Shown here one piece after another: positions 44,546-53,640 of a DNA stretch of 64,000 bases. The stretch is taken from positions 2,242 through 66,241 of IMG/VR virus record IMGVR_UViG_3300037471_000630; one strand, given 5' to 3'. The stretch comes from a virus. The notes beneath the pieces were generated by a model. It saw only the letters and a list, made by a program, of their open reading frames with translations, searched no databases and was not told the DNA's origin. The first letter of the stretch is position 1. Each line of letters starts with the position of its first letter. The position numbers were made by a program, and so were the translations under genes.

Positions 44546-46465
44546 TTAGGCGGCTTGCAACTGCTTGGCCTGCACCGTCCGCACGTGTGCGATCAGCGCT
44601 TCGCAGATCAGGTCGAAGTCCGACAGCCGGTAGAGCTTTGCCGCTTTCTCCGTGGCCACCGGGTGGTAGCCCAGCTGGCCGACGAACTCGGCCGTGAGGG
44701 CGAAGCCCAGGCGCTCACTGATCTGGCCGAGGCGGATGGTTGCTGTGGAGGCGGCGGCCTGGCGCTGAATCGGCACCACGTTGTCGGCTGGCGCGGATGC
44801 CGCTGGAGCTTGCGAGGAAACCGCTGGCGGCGCGATCGGGGCCGGTGCAGGGGTAGGGGCGGGGGCGGCGCCCGCCTGCTCGCGCTCCACTGCATCGGCG
44901 TGCGCGATCTCCAGCTGCTCCAGGCGCGTGATGCGCGCATCTGCGGCTTCGGCCAGACGGTCGCCGAGCAGGTCCTCGGTCAGCTTGCAGGACTGCAGGG
45001 TGCGGATGGCCGACGCGATCAGCTCGCTCGGCGCCTGGTCCAGCGGCTCGGGCCCGGCCGCCTTGATGGCATCGATTCGCCGCTGCACCGCCTGCTCGCG
45101 CTCCAGGCGATCCGCTTCCTCCTGCCGGATGCGCGCCCGCTCCCGCTCTGCCAGTTCGGCGGCCCGCTTTTCCTCCGCCTGCTTGTGCTCGGCGATCCGC
45201 GAGGTGATGACGGCCCGGCAGTCGTCCGGAGCCTTGAGCACCAGGACCGCGGCGTCGTTGAACAGGAACCGGTAATCGGCCGCCATCTCGCGCAGCGCCT
45301 TGAGGTTGGCGTCGATCCGGTCGGCAACCTCGTTCGCGGCGATCTTGGCGCGCGCCAGTTCGGTCGCCACCTTGTCTTCCATGCTGGCCAGGGACTTCAA
45401 GCCCTTGATGCAGCCGCCGAAGTCGGTGGGGATCTGCGGCAGGTACGGCTTGCCGAGCCGGGCGTGCAGGGCGTCGATGTGGTCCTGGAACGCCTTGGCG
45501 CCAGCCGCGACGATCTCGCCCCGGCGGCGCTCCTTCTCCTCCTTGAGCAGCCGCTCGGCCATGCTCAGGTTCTGCTGCAGCAGCTTGTCCAGCATGTCCT
45601 TGGTCTTCTTGGCGCGGTCCACCGGTTCGACCTGGGCCAGCATCTGCGCCTCGGCCGCCGACAGCGCCTCGCGGGCGTGCTTCATGGACTTGATCTGCGC
45701 GTCCAGGTTGACGAAGTCCTCGTCCGACTTCGGCTGGCGGATCAGGCGGTGCTCCAGGAAGTGCCGCAGCCGCTCCTCGAAGACCTTGAAGTTGTCCTGC
45801 AGGGCCAGCTGGCCGGACACCTGCACCACGGGTGCCGGCAGGGCTTCCACCGGCTCGGCGACGATCTTCTCGACAGCGCTGGCGGCGGGCGGGGTGTAGG
45901 CGGCTAGGTCCGCAGCAAACTGCTGCCAGGCGGCGATCAGTTGCTCACGCCGCCCCGCCACGGGCCGGTATTCCATGTGGACGAAGCGCTCTCGCGTGCC
46001 ATCGCTGCACACGAAGATCGCGCGCTCGGCGCCCGACACAAGCAACTGCTGCTCCAGCTGCCAGAAGTAGTGCGGCTCCAGTTCGCCAGTGCGCACCTTT
46101 GCCGCCAGTTCTTCAGACCAGAGCTTGTGCTCGTAGATGACGTCCTCCAGCATGGTGACGCCGTCGAAGGAAGCGAGCAGCCTGTCGTCGTCATCGCTAA
46201 CGGCGGTCGCTGGGTAGAGCTCTTGCCCGAGCATCTCCTCCACGATGACACGCGCGCTGGCCTCCGTTGCATGGCCGCGATCGAAGAGTGCCTGCTTCTG
46301 CGGCGTCACTTCCGGCGCAATGCCTGTGGCCTTCTGCCGTAACAGGTCGGAGCGGCTGGTGAACTTGCTGGCGCCCATCATTGCGGGCGCTTCGCTGGCG
46401 GTAAAGCGACGAGCGCGCTCGTTATTCCAGGCGACACTGCCTTGCTGTACTTCCAGGATCTTCAC
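44546..46465 (-). CDS. YqaJ/lambda-exonuclease-family protein with long coiled-coil C-terminus
   Basis: QGS..W, TASEAP, GH..E..AR, ASFDG, EHK and Q..QQL.V motifs. Confidence 0.88.
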   Translation of the reverse strand: MKILEVQQGSVAWNNERARRFTASEAPAMMGASKFTSRSDLLRQKATGIAPEVTPQKQALFDRGHATEASARVIVEEMLGQELYPATAVSDDDDRLLASFDGVTMLEDVIYEHKLWSEELAAKVRTGELEPHYFWQLEQQLLVSGAERAIFVCSDGTRERFVHMEYRPVAGRREQLIAAWQQFAADLAAYTPPAASAVEKIVAEPVEALPAPVVQVSGQLALQDNFKVFEERLRHFLEHRLIRQPKSDEDFVNLDAQIKSMKHAREALSAAEAQMLAQVEPVDRAKKTKDMLDKLLQQNLSMAERLLKEEKERRRGEIVAAGAKAFQDHIDALHARLGKPYLPQIPTDFGGCIKGLKSLASMEDKVATELARAKIAANEVADRIDANLKALREMAADYRFLFNDAAVLVLKAPDDCRAVITSRIAEHKQAEEKRAAELAERERARIRQEEADRLEREQAVQRRIDAIKAAGPEPLDQAPSELIASAIRTLQSCKLTEDLLGDRLAEAADARITRLEQLEIAHADAVEREQAGAAPAPTPAPAPIAPPAVSSQAPAASAPADNVVPIQRQAAASTATIRLGQISERLGFALTAEFVGQLGYHPVATEKAAKLYRLSDFDLICEALIAHVRTVQAKQLQAA

Positions 46466-46483
46466 AGGATCTTCCTTTCAGTT

Positions 46484-47035
46484 CTATGCGTTGATGAACT
46501 CGCCGTGGTGGGCGCTGACCGCTTTGCGGTAGGCAGCCGCCGCGTCATCTACGGTTTGGAAGCGGCCCAGGAAAGTGGATTTCCCCTTGAGCCTTGCGAA
46601 AGCCGCGTACTTCTGCCGCTGCTTGTCCCAGGTGACGCCCTTCACGCCAGTGGCGGAAACGCGCGGCGCTGCGCGGTTGAACGTGTTCTGCTGGTGTGAT
46701 GCCTCGCGCAAATTCGTCCAGCGGTTGCATCCTTTGTCCTCGTTCCAGTGGTCAATCTCGGCCACTGGCTCGCGACCAGTCATCCACTTCCAGATCAGGC
46801 GGTGAGCCAGGTAGCTCTTGCTCCGCAAGTGGACCGTGAGATACCCCCTCGGGGTCTGATGGCCAGCAACGGAGCCGGCATGCCGCGAGTTGAAGTTGTT
46901 CATCCTGTGCGCGCTCGCGAAATGCGAGAGTGGTCGCACCTTCCACGTCAGGACGCCCGATTCAGCGTCGTAGTCGAAGCACTCGCGCAGGTATTCCTGC
47001 GCGGGAAGCTGGAGCGGAATTCCGCTGTTTGCCAC
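46484..47035 (-). CDS. HNH homing endonuclease with AP2-like domain
   Basis: YD.ESG.L.W, AHRLIW, IDH.N.....N...NLR, SG.KGV.W and LG.F....A..AY motifs. Confidence 0.88.
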   Translation of the reverse strand: MANSGIPLQLPAQEYLRECFDYDAESGVLTWKVRPLSHFASAHRMNNFNSRHAGSVAGHQTPRGYLTVHLRSKSYLAHRLIWKWMTGREPVAEIDHWNEDKGCNRWTNLREASHQQNTFNRAAPRVSATGVKGVTWDKQRQKYAAFARLKGKSTFLGRFQTVDDAAAAYRKAVSAHHGEFINA

Positions 47036-47036
47036 G

Positions 47037-48113
47037 TCAGTCCTGCGGGAACCGCTCGCCGAAGAGCTTCTGCAGGTCTTTCTGCTGGTCATCGGGCAGC
47101 GCACGCGCCTCGTCCAAGATCACCAGCGCGGCGTCGGCATCGGCCTTCTGAAGGCGGTCGGCGAGCGCGGCATAGGTCACCTTCGGCGTCACGTCCTGCG
47201 CCTTTGGGCCTGGTGAGCGGCGGATCTCGGCCTTCTGCTCGTCGGTCAGCGGGTGCTTCGTCTCCGCCATGGCGATGATCTGGTCGGGCGTCTTGCGGCC
47301 GTTGGCGATCACCTGCTGCCAGGACGGCAGGTTCTTGCGGAAGTCGGCTTCCGAGTAGGTGGGGGGCTGCTGATCTGCCGCGCCAGCTCCGGCGGTGGCG
47401 CCGGGCTGCACGACGTCGGCTGGGCCCATGAACTTCTCGCCGCCGGCTGCGGGCTCCAGCTCGTCGTCTCCGTAGACGCCCAGGATCACGCCAGGCTTGT
47501 GCAGGCGCGTCCACTTGCGGATGGCAAGGTTGCAGATCTGCTGCTTCGGGTCGGTGGCCCACTGCGTCGAGAAGCGCGGGTAGGCCTGGGACATCATCAC
47601 TTCCAGCACGCGCGGCTCGCTCTCGCCGCGCAGGGTGGCGGTGACACGCACACCGAGGCCTTCCTCGTCAGCTTTCGTGTAGGTGGCGACGTAGTATTTG
47701 CCGCCCTTGTCGCTCTTGCGTTCCTCGACCTTGCCAAGCACCTTGGACCAGTCGCCCAGGAATTCGTACTTCGGATCGCCCTGCAGCGCGCCGCTGGCGC
47801 TGATTGCGGCGCTGATCAGTTGCCCCTCGTAGCCGAGAGCCCCGCCTTGGGAGAGATGGGTCTTCTGCGCGACGGCGAAGGGGTTCATCTTCCACCCCAG
47901 GGCCTGCAGCGTGACCGCCATGCAGTCGCCGATGTTGCCGCGCAGGTGGTTCGGGACGGTGACGCCGCCCTTGGCCATCATCTGGGCGAAGGCCTGCACT
48001 CGTTCGAAGGCGGGCCCGAGGATCAGGCTGGCCGCATCGAGCGACTGCAGTTCAAGGCCGCCGGGGGTGGCGGCGAGGGCGCGCGATTCCTCGCGCTGGG
48101 CTGGTGCGTTCAC
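47037..48113 (-). CDS. recT: RecT-like single-strand annealing protein
   Basis: VP.HLRG..GDC.AV..QA..W.MNPFAVAQKT, W..DP.QQ and P.VILGVY..DE motifs. Confidence 0.85.
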   Translation of the reverse strand: MNAPAQREESRALAATPGGLELQSLDAASLILGPAFERVQAFAQMMAKGGVTVPNHLRGNIGDCMAVTLQALGWKMNPFAVAQKTHLSQGGALGYEGQLISAAISASGALQGDPKYEFLGDWSKVLGKVEERKSDKGGKYYVATYTKADEEGLGVRVTATLRGESEPRVLEVMMSQAYPRFSTQWATDPKQQICNLAIRKWTRLHKPGVILGVYGDDELEPAAGGEKFMGPADVVQPGATAGAGAADQQPPTYSEADFRKNLPSWQQVIANGRKTPDQIIAMAETKHPLTDEQKAEIRRSPGPKAQDVTPKVTYAALADRLQKADADAALVILDEARALPDDQQKDLQKLFGERFPQD

Positions 48114-48123
48114 GTTGTACCTT

Positions 48124-48432
48124 TCAGAACATGGAAGCGATGGCGGCAGCCGCGCACGTGGCGGCGACGATGGCGACGGTGAACTCGACGCATGCCATGG
48201 CGATGCGCTCGACTTCGGGCGTGCGGTTCTCCTCGGACTCTTGCCAGGGCGGGGCGGCCCAGGTGGGCTGGGGCGGGATCGGATGCCGAGGCGGGACGGT
48301 CTTGCCGTACTTGCGGTTGAACATCTCGATCGCCTCGTCGGCGCTGTAGCCGGAGCAGGTCAGGGGTGTGCGGCACGGGGAGCGGCCCTGGTGGCACTCG
48401 CCGGTGCCCTTGCAGGAGGGGCGGAGCATCAT
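48124..48432 (-). CDS. Hypothetical protein (C.QGR..C motif, C-terminal TM)
   Basis: GGAGG RBS; part of the early-left operon. Confidence 0.55.
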   Translation of the reverse strand: MMLRPSCKGTGECHQGRSPCRTPLTCSGYSADEAIEMFNRKYGKTVPPRHPIPPQPTWAAPPWQESEENRTPEVERIAMACVEFTVAIVAATCAAAAIASMF

Positions 48433-48605
48433 CTCGGTTGCCTCCGTTGCTTCTCGATGTCGGCCAGCCGAATGGCGATCGGCATGTGCATGTCCGAGGG
48501 CGCCAGCGGGCTGATGCACCGGCTCTTGAGGCGAAGCCTCTTGCGCTCCAAGCGCTGGGCTGCTCGCTTCAGGAGGGTGTAGATGGGGCCCAGGCCGGTG
48601 CTCAT
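48429..48605 (-). CDS. Small basic hypothetical protein
   Basis: ATGA overlaps on both sides; 58 aa, below the ORF-track cutoff. Confidence 0.45.
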   Translation of the reverse strand: MSTGLGPIYTLLKRAAQRLERKRLRLKSRCISPLAPSDMHMPIAIRLADIEKQRRQPR

Positions 48606-49030
48606 GCCAGGGCCTTTCCGCAGCTGTCGCAGCGCCCGTCCTCGAGTTCGCTGATGGTCGGCTCTGGGTTGCAGCCGAGGCAGTAGCCGTCCTCGTCGTT
48701 CGCGTCGTCCTCTGCCTCTTCGAACATCGCGTCGAAGCAGCGTTCACAGGTGCCACTGATGGCGACTTCCCGTTTTCCATCGGGAGTCCATACGTTTGCG
48801 GCAGGATCGTGCTTCGGGCCGAAGACGAATGGCTTTTGGCAGTCGATGCAGCATTGGTCGGCGCGCGGTGCGGGTTTGTCGGCCTCTGGTGGATCGGACA
48901 GGCCGGCCATCAGCTGGGCCTGCGCGCTGCCGTGCCCTTCGTCGCGAAGGTCGCAGTACCGCTGGGCCGTTTCCTGCGAGCAGCCGAAGTGCTGCATCAC
49001 GTTCGGCACGGTGCGAATGAAGATGCCCAT
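48602..49030 (-). CDS. Multi-CxxC zinc-binding hypothetical protein
   Basis: CIDC, CERC, CLGC and CDSC motifs. Confidence 0.6.
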   Translation of the reverse strand: MGIFIRTVPNVMQHFGCSQETAQRYCDLRDEGHGSAQAQLMAGLSDPPEADKPAPRADQCCIDCQKPFVFGPKHDPAANVWTPDGKREVAISGTCERCFDAMFEEAEDDANDEDGYCLGCNPEPTISELEDGRCDSCGKALA

Positions 49031-49031
49031 G

Positions 49032-49349
49032 TCAGTAGATCCCGACACAGTGCGGATCCCGCCGGTTGCCGCCCACCTGCAGCTGCAGGGCGCGGAAGTC
49101 GGCCTCTTCGATGCGGCGCGCGGCTGCGGCTTGCTGCATGGCGCGGTGTTGCGCAGCCACCTTGTTGCCGCGCTCTCTCGCCTCGTCGGGAGTCGTGCAG
49201 CACATGCCCGCCTCCACGAAGTGCTCGACAGGCAGTCCATCGACCTGCTCGATTGCCTGGACGATGTACATCCAGCTGCCAGAGTCGGAATGTGTCTGCC
49301 AGACGGGGAACGTCGGCAGCCAGCGGACCGTGACGGTGTAGTCGGTCAT
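49032..49349 (-). CDS. Hypothetical protein
   Basis: AGGAG RBS; coupled to neighbours. Confidence 0.55.
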   Translation of the reverse strand: MTDYTVTVRWLPTFPVWQTHSDSGSWMYIVQAIEQVDGLPVEHFVEAGMCCTTPDEARERGNKVAAQHRAMQQAAAARRIEEADFRALQLQVGGNRRDPHCVGIY

Positions 49350-49651
49350 TGCGCTGCTCCTTGCATGGACATCTCGAGCCAGCTGGCGTCGTTGACGAGG
49401 ATGTGCGCGCCGGGGAATTTCTCCATGCCGTCCATGTAGGCGGCGGCGCGCGGGCCGGGGTGGATGTAGCTGAAGCCCTGCTCGCCACGCGGAGTGACGG
49501 TGACTTGCTGCAGGCAGGAATCCTTCTCCGCGCCCAGCTGGCGCGAGAGCTTCTCGTGGTGCCTCATGTCCATCTCCCGCATTGCCGCGTCGTTGGCCTC
49601 GCACTCGCTGCGGCGTGCTGAGTCGAGGAGGAGGTCCAGGCAGTAGCTCAT
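49346..49651 (-). CDS. Hypothetical protein
   Basis: GGGAG RBS; ATGA overlap. Confidence 0.55.
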   Translation of the reverse strand: MSYCLDLLLDSARRSECEANDAAMREMDMRHHEKLSRQLGAEKDSCLQQVTVTPRGEQGFSYIHPGPRAAAYMDGMEKFPGAHILVNDASWLEMSMQGAAQ

Positions 49652-49863
49652 TGCAGGCTCCCGGTGGCTTTGGCGATGGCGGCGCGGGCAGTCGGCCCGT
49701 GCATCGAGAGCCGGCGGCCGGCTATGGGGACGCCCTGCATGCGAACCGTCGTCTGAACGCAATGCGGCTCGCCGGTCGCGTGGTGGAAGAAAACCGCGTA
49801 CTCGCGGCCGTTCACCGTCACGGCCATGGGGTTGGGGCGCCCCGGCGTGTGCTGCGCGCTCAT
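49648..49863 (-). CDS. Hypothetical protein
   Basis: MSAQHTPG start and AAIAKATG end, typical of phage early peptides. Confidence 0.6.
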   Translation of the reverse strand: MSAQHTPGRPNPMAVTVNGREYAVFFHHATGEPHCVQTTVRMQGVPIAGRRLSMHGPTARAAIAKATGSLQ

Positions 49864-50219
49864 GGTTGGCTCCCGGTGGCTTGGGTGACGATCTCCCGCG
49901 CCGCGCTGACCAGCGGGCTGGCGCGATCGAGGATCAGGTTGCCCGTGGTGGCGCCTTCAGCCGCCATCAGGAAGGACTGCGCGAAGGCGACCATCTGCGG
50001 CACGCCGGCCGTCTTGAGCATCAGCTCCGCGCAGGCCAGGTATTCCTCGCCGTAGACGCGCCAAAGGTCGCCGTTATCGACGCCGCACTCGTCGGCCTCT
50101 TGGCGGCACATCTCGCGCGCGGCTGCGACCACCATCGGGGAGGGGCGGCGGGAGTCGTCCGGGACGTGGTCGTGCGAGTCGAACGAGTCCGCAGAGGCGG
50201 GGCGGGTGTCGGCGCTCAA
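49860..50219 (-). CDS. Hypothetical protein
   Basis: TTG start after GGAGG; coupled. Confidence 0.55.
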   Translation of the reverse strand: MSADTRPASADSFDSHDHVPDDSRRPSPMVVAAAREMCRQEADECGVDNGDLWRVYGEEYLACAELMLKTAGVPQMVAFAQSFLMAAEGATTGNLILDRASPLVSAAREIVTQATGSQP

Positions 50220-50482
50220 AGCACACCTCCCATCTGCCGCTGCGACATCTCCCACGCCTTCAGCCAAGCGTCGAAGTCCGCGTGGTCCTGCTCGCTGAGC
50301 ATGTAGCGGTCCCGCTTGAACTCGCGGCACCACTCGGTCCAGCGCTCGCCGATCCAGACCATGAAGCGGGCCATGCAGCCGCCCGGCAGGGCCTCCTTGT
50401 CGGCGGCCAGCATCGCCTCGGGGGTATGGCCGTGGGCCTTGGCGTAGGCCACGTAGCGGGATTGGAAGTCCGTCGCGCTCAC
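50216..50482 (-). CDS. Hypothetical protein
   Basis: RY.AYA.AHG.TPE.ML..D...PGG.M..F..WI pattern. Confidence 0.65.
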   Translation of the reverse strand: MSATDFQSRYVAYAKAHGHTPEAMLAADKEALPGGCMARFMVWIGERWTEWCREFKRDRYMLSEQDHADFDAWLKAWEMSQRQMGGVL

Positions 50483-50766
50483 GGCTGGCTCCCAGCGGGC
50501 TGCAGGGTGTAGCCGGCCTTCGCCAGCACTTCGGTGTGGTTGTGATCGCCCGACATCGATCCGGGCAGCGGGGTCCAGTCAACAACCTTGCCGTTCGCGT
50601 CGGCCCCGAACACGTTGGTTTTCGGGCCCGTGGACATCTCGTGGGCCCAGGCCACGACCACGAACTGATGTCCCTGCATCGGCGGGGTGACGCGATACAG
50701 GGCGGCGTGGCGCCTGAAGCCGGAAAGGCGGTTGCTGACTAGGACCGCAGTGCCTTGCGTTGCCAT
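50479..50766 (-). CDS. First gene of the leftward early operon, hypothetical
   Basis: AGGAG RBS downstream of the PL promoter. Confidence 0.6.
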   Translation of the reverse strand: MATQGTAVLVSNRLSGFRRHAALYRVTPPMQGHQFVVVAWAHEMSTGPKTNVFGADANGKVVDWTPLPGSMSGDHNHTEVLAKAGYTLQPAGSQP

Positions 50767-50804
50767 CCTTGATCTCCTGGCCGGCGGGATGCCGGCGTGG
50801 AGAA

Positions 50805-50846
50805 AGTTTCGCAAAGCGAACCTACGAAGTCAAGGAAAGCGAAACT
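50805..50846 (-). promoter_or_regulatory. PL promoter with two 19-bp operators (OL)
   Basis: TTGACT-17-GAAACT with an upstream TG on the minus strand; AGTTTCG-CAAAG-CGAACCT (50805) and AGTCAAG-GAAAG-CGAAACT (50828). Confidence 0.72.
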
Positions 50847-51033
50847 GAGCGACTAGACAGAATTGCTATTTAGAGTTGAGCCTTACTCAACTCGCGCGCA
50901 TAAGAGTTCAGTGTCAGCCGTTCGGACTAGGCATTTCCCCGAGGGTGGCTAACTCATCGGTTTCCCCATATGCTGGATCGAAAACTGCGTGCTAAGCGTT
51001 AGTGCTGCAGTATTCCAGCAGGGGTGCAGGTGG

Positions 51034-51408
51034 ATGGATCAGACCGAGCTGAGATTGGAGCGCGCGCTCATTGGGCGGCGCCTGCGCAAGGCCCGCGAGC
51101 GAGCGGGCTGCAGCATCGAGGAGGCCGCCCAGTTGGCTGATGTCCAGCCGCTTGCCGTCCAGACCTGGGAGAAGGGCAAGCGCACCCCGTGCCTGGTGCA
51201 ACTGCGCATGCTCCTTGGGCTGTACGGCGTGACGGCGTTCGACGTTCTATTCGACGAGAACCCTTACCGGATCGGCAGGGCCGAGGCAGCGGAGCTGCTT
51301 TCGGTGGCCTCCAAGTGCAGCCCCGCCGTTCAGTCTCGGGTTGAGCTGCTGATCGCCGTCATGGGCGAGCCGAACGTCGGCCGCGCAGGCGAGTTGTCAC
51401 GCTTCTGA
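51034..51408 (+). CDS. XRE-family HTH protein convergent with the repressor
   Basis: IGRRLRKARERAG.S..EAA......V..WEKGKR.P. Confidence 0.8.
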   Translation: MDQTELRLERALIGRRLRKARERAGCSIEEAAQLADVQPLAVQTWEKGKRTPCLVQLRMLLGLYGVTAFDVLFDENPYRIGRAEAAELLSVASKCSPAVQSRVELLIAVMGEPNVGRAGELSRF

Positions 51409-51714
51409 GAATATTGTCATGCGCAGGGCCCGCCACTTGCGCTTGTCCTCGGGCCGCAAATCCTCGAACGCCTTGGCCTCGTGGAGGGCCTCGGCCGACA
51501 ACTCGGGCTGCTCCCGACCAATGAGCCAGTCAGCTGACACCCTCAGTTGACTGCATAGCGCGACCAACTGCTCCAGGCTCGGCTCATAGCGGTCGTGCTC
51601 CCAGTGCGAGATCGTGGACTTGCTCACGCCCACCTTCTCGCCCAGATCGTCGCCCTTGATCTTGGCGGCCTTCCGCGCCTTTCGTAGTCGCTCGCCGAAA
51701 CCCTCTAATCCCAT
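51397..51714 (-). CDS. cI: CI-like repressor (XRE HTH, 105 aa, no S24 peptidase domain)
   Basis: FGERLRKARK....LGEKVGVSKSTISHWE...EP...VSADWL; divergent from cro. Confidence 0.82.
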   Translation of the reverse strand: MGLEGFGERLRKARKAAKIKGDDLGEKVGVSKSTISHWEHDRYEPSLEQLVALCSQLRVSADWLIGREQPELSAEALHEAKAFEDLRPEDKRKWRALRMTIFSEA

Positions 51715-51720
51715 GCCTGA

Positions 51721-51796
51721 AGCATAAGAAGCGCCGCCCTTATTGCAATCCTGTAGTTTCGGAAAGCTGGAAATGCGAGTATCGTATTCCGAAACT
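51721..51796. promoter_or_regulatory. PRM (probably leaderless cI transcript) and OR operators
   Basis: Minus-strand TTGCAA-16-TATGCT lies 6 nt before the cI ATG. Operators AGTTTCG-GAAAG-CTGGAAA (51755) and AGTATCG-TATTC-CGAAACT (51778) have the same 23-bp spacing as OL. Confidence 0.7.
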
Positions 51797-51799
51797 CGC

Positions 51800-52084
51800 A
51801 TGGAAACTGAACCGAACACCGCCCTCCAGGAAGCCTGCGCGGCCGTACGCGGCTCATCTCGGCTTGCTGAACTTCTGACCGCGATCGGCCAGGCCCGCGG
51901 CCGCGCGGTGTCAAAGGCTTCCATCTCGCGCTGGAAGCGTGAGCAGGTGCCGGCCGAGTGGTGCCCTGACATCGAGGAGTTGACCGGGGTCGCGTGCGAG
52001 CGCCTGCGCCCCGATGTGAATTGGACGGTCCTGCGCAAGCGGCGCAAGGCCCCGGCCATCCCTGCTCGCACCACGACGGAGTGA
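51800..52084 (+). CDS. cro: Cro-like (YdaS family) regulator
   Basis: VS...IS.W....VPAE.C..IE..TGV....LRPDV.W. Confidence 0.85.
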   Translation: METEPNTALQEACAAVRGSSRLAELLTAIGQARGRAVSKASISRWKREQVPAEWCPDIEELTGVACERLRPDVNWTVLRKRRKAPAIPARTTTE

Positions 52085-52194
52085 GCCATGCCCACCCTCG
52101 CCACTCGTTTTTTCGTTCGCGTCTCGCATAGGTCTTCAATTTGCCCGAGCGAGCCTCGCAACGCCACGCAATCTTTTTGCGGAGGGTCGCAATC

Positions 52195-52587
52195 GTGAGC
52201 CAGCCTACGTTGCTGACGGTTGAGGTGCCGATCTCGGAGGTGATGCGCAAGCCTTCTTTGGGCAAGGCGATCGAGTACTGCGCGGAGCTCGCCGGCTACA
52301 GCTACGACAAGGAGTTGGAGAAGGCGCTCTCCGATCGTGGCGTCAAGGTGGACGCCACCCAGCTCACGCGCTGGAAGCAGGGTGCCGAGGGCATCAAGTG
52401 GGAGAAGTTCTGCGGCGTCATGGACGTCTGCGGCAACGACGCGCCGCTGCTCTGGATGCTGCACGCGCGCGGCTACGACATCAGCAATCTGCACAAGCGG
52501 GAGACGGAGACCGAAAAGCAGCTTCGCGCGGCTCGTGAAGAGATCGCTGCGCTGCGACGCGTCCTCGGCGCCACCGCCACCGCCTGA
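52195..52587 (+). CDS. CII-like regulator
   Basis: Position after cro; HTH plus MDVCGN..PL.W and RETE.EK.L coiled coil; GGAGG RBS. Confidence 0.65.
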   Translation: MSQPTLLTVEVPISEVMRKPSLGKAIEYCAELAGYSYDKELEKALSDRGVKVDATQLTRWKQGAEGIKWEKFCGVMDVCGNDAPLLWMLHARGYDISNLHKRETETEKQLRAAREEIAALRRVLGATATA

Positions 52588-52631
52588 TCCCCCTACGCCA
52601 GAGAACAAGACCAACCGGCCGAGGAGAGCCC

Positions 52632-52826
52632 ATGAGCGACTTTTCGATCCGCCCGATCACGATCACCGAGCAGGCCATGCGAGCAGCCCAGCTCGCCGCC
52701 GAAACCGGTGAGCATCAGCCCAACCCGCACCCGGAAGGCACCCCGGAGCATCTGCGCTGGAACGCCGGCTACACGCGGGCGCTGCAGCATCACGCTGCGG
52801 CTGAAGGCGTCGAGGGGAGTGCCTGA
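52632..52826 (+). CDS. Hypothetical protein
   Basis: GAGGAG RBS; NP.P.GT....W..GY motif. Confidence 0.6.
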   Translation: MSDFSIRPITITEQAMRAAQLAAETGEHQPNPHPEGTPEHLRWNAGYTRALQHHAAAEGVEGSA

Positions 52827-53242
52827 TGCGCAGCCTGCTGGACTTCTTCTTCGGCCGCAAGCCGGAACCGGAACAGCCGGCGCCGCCGGTGCTACGGAAC
52901 CGCGCCGGCGGGATGGCATGGGTGCGCGGGGTGAACGACCATTCCGTTGGCGCCTCCGCTCTGAATGGTCGCGCGGTCAAGACAGTGCGGCTACGTGAGA
53001 CCGGCACCTGGGCAATCGAGCCCGAGCTCGCCTTCATCGCGAGCCAGAGCTTCACCTGGAACGGCAAGGAGTTCCCCGCCGGCGAGGCCGTGTGGGTCGG
53101 TGGCATCGCCGATGAATGCCTGGAGCCATGGAAGGACACCGGCCTCACCACCGAGGAAGTGCGCGACCTCTACGCCCCCGAGTCCGGCCAGCATCTGCCG
53201 GTCTACACCTACGACGATCTGCCGCGGCAGGGCCAGAAATGA
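52826..53242 (+). CDS. Hypothetical protein
   Basis: TGATG coupling. Confidence 0.6.
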   Translation: MRSLLDFFFGRKPEPEQPAPPVLRNRAGGMAWVRGVNDHSVGASALNGRAVKTVRLRETGTWAIEPELAFIASQSFTWNGKEFPAGEAVWVGGIADECLEPWKDTGLTTEEVRDLYAPESGQHLPVYTYDDLPRQGQK

Positions 53243-53640
53243 CCGGCCCCGCCCAACACATCGAGGCCGCTGCGGCTACCCAACAGCCAGCTGCTGGCAC
53301 AAATTACCCCAGATTGACCCATGAGCATGCAGATGCCATTGGAGAACGTGCGAACGGCGTAGGCCATCAGCCCGCGCAGACGTTCGATGTAGGACAGATG
53401 GACCCTGCAGAGCTGGATGCTTACATCTCCATGCTCGGCAGGCACATGGTGCGGGCGCATCGCCTCGGTGATCGGGACGCGGCCGTGCGGCTCATGGAGC
53501 TGCAGCAGCAGGCCCGCGCCGCCCGCACGCCGGCACACGTGGCCAGGCAGGACGCAGAGCACCTGGCGCGCGTGGAGGCCGGCGTCGGCTACTTCTCAAG
53601 CGAGCACGCCCAGCGCATGGGACGCGGGGGCGCTGCCTGA
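53239..53640 (+). CDS. Hypothetical protein
   Basis: Coupled on both sides. Confidence 0.55.
   Translation: MTGPAQHIEAAAATQQPAAGTNYPRLTHEHADAIGERANGVGHQPAQTFDVGQMDPAELDAYISMLGRHMVRAHRLGDRDAAVRLMELQQQARAARTPAHVARQDAEHLARVEAGVGYFSSEHAQRMGRGGAA

Noticed and set aside
51715-52614. 405-aa version of the repressor ORF
   Set aside because: The upstream extension overlaps cro and cII on the other strand; the HTH begins at Met 51714, right after a promoter-like sequence.
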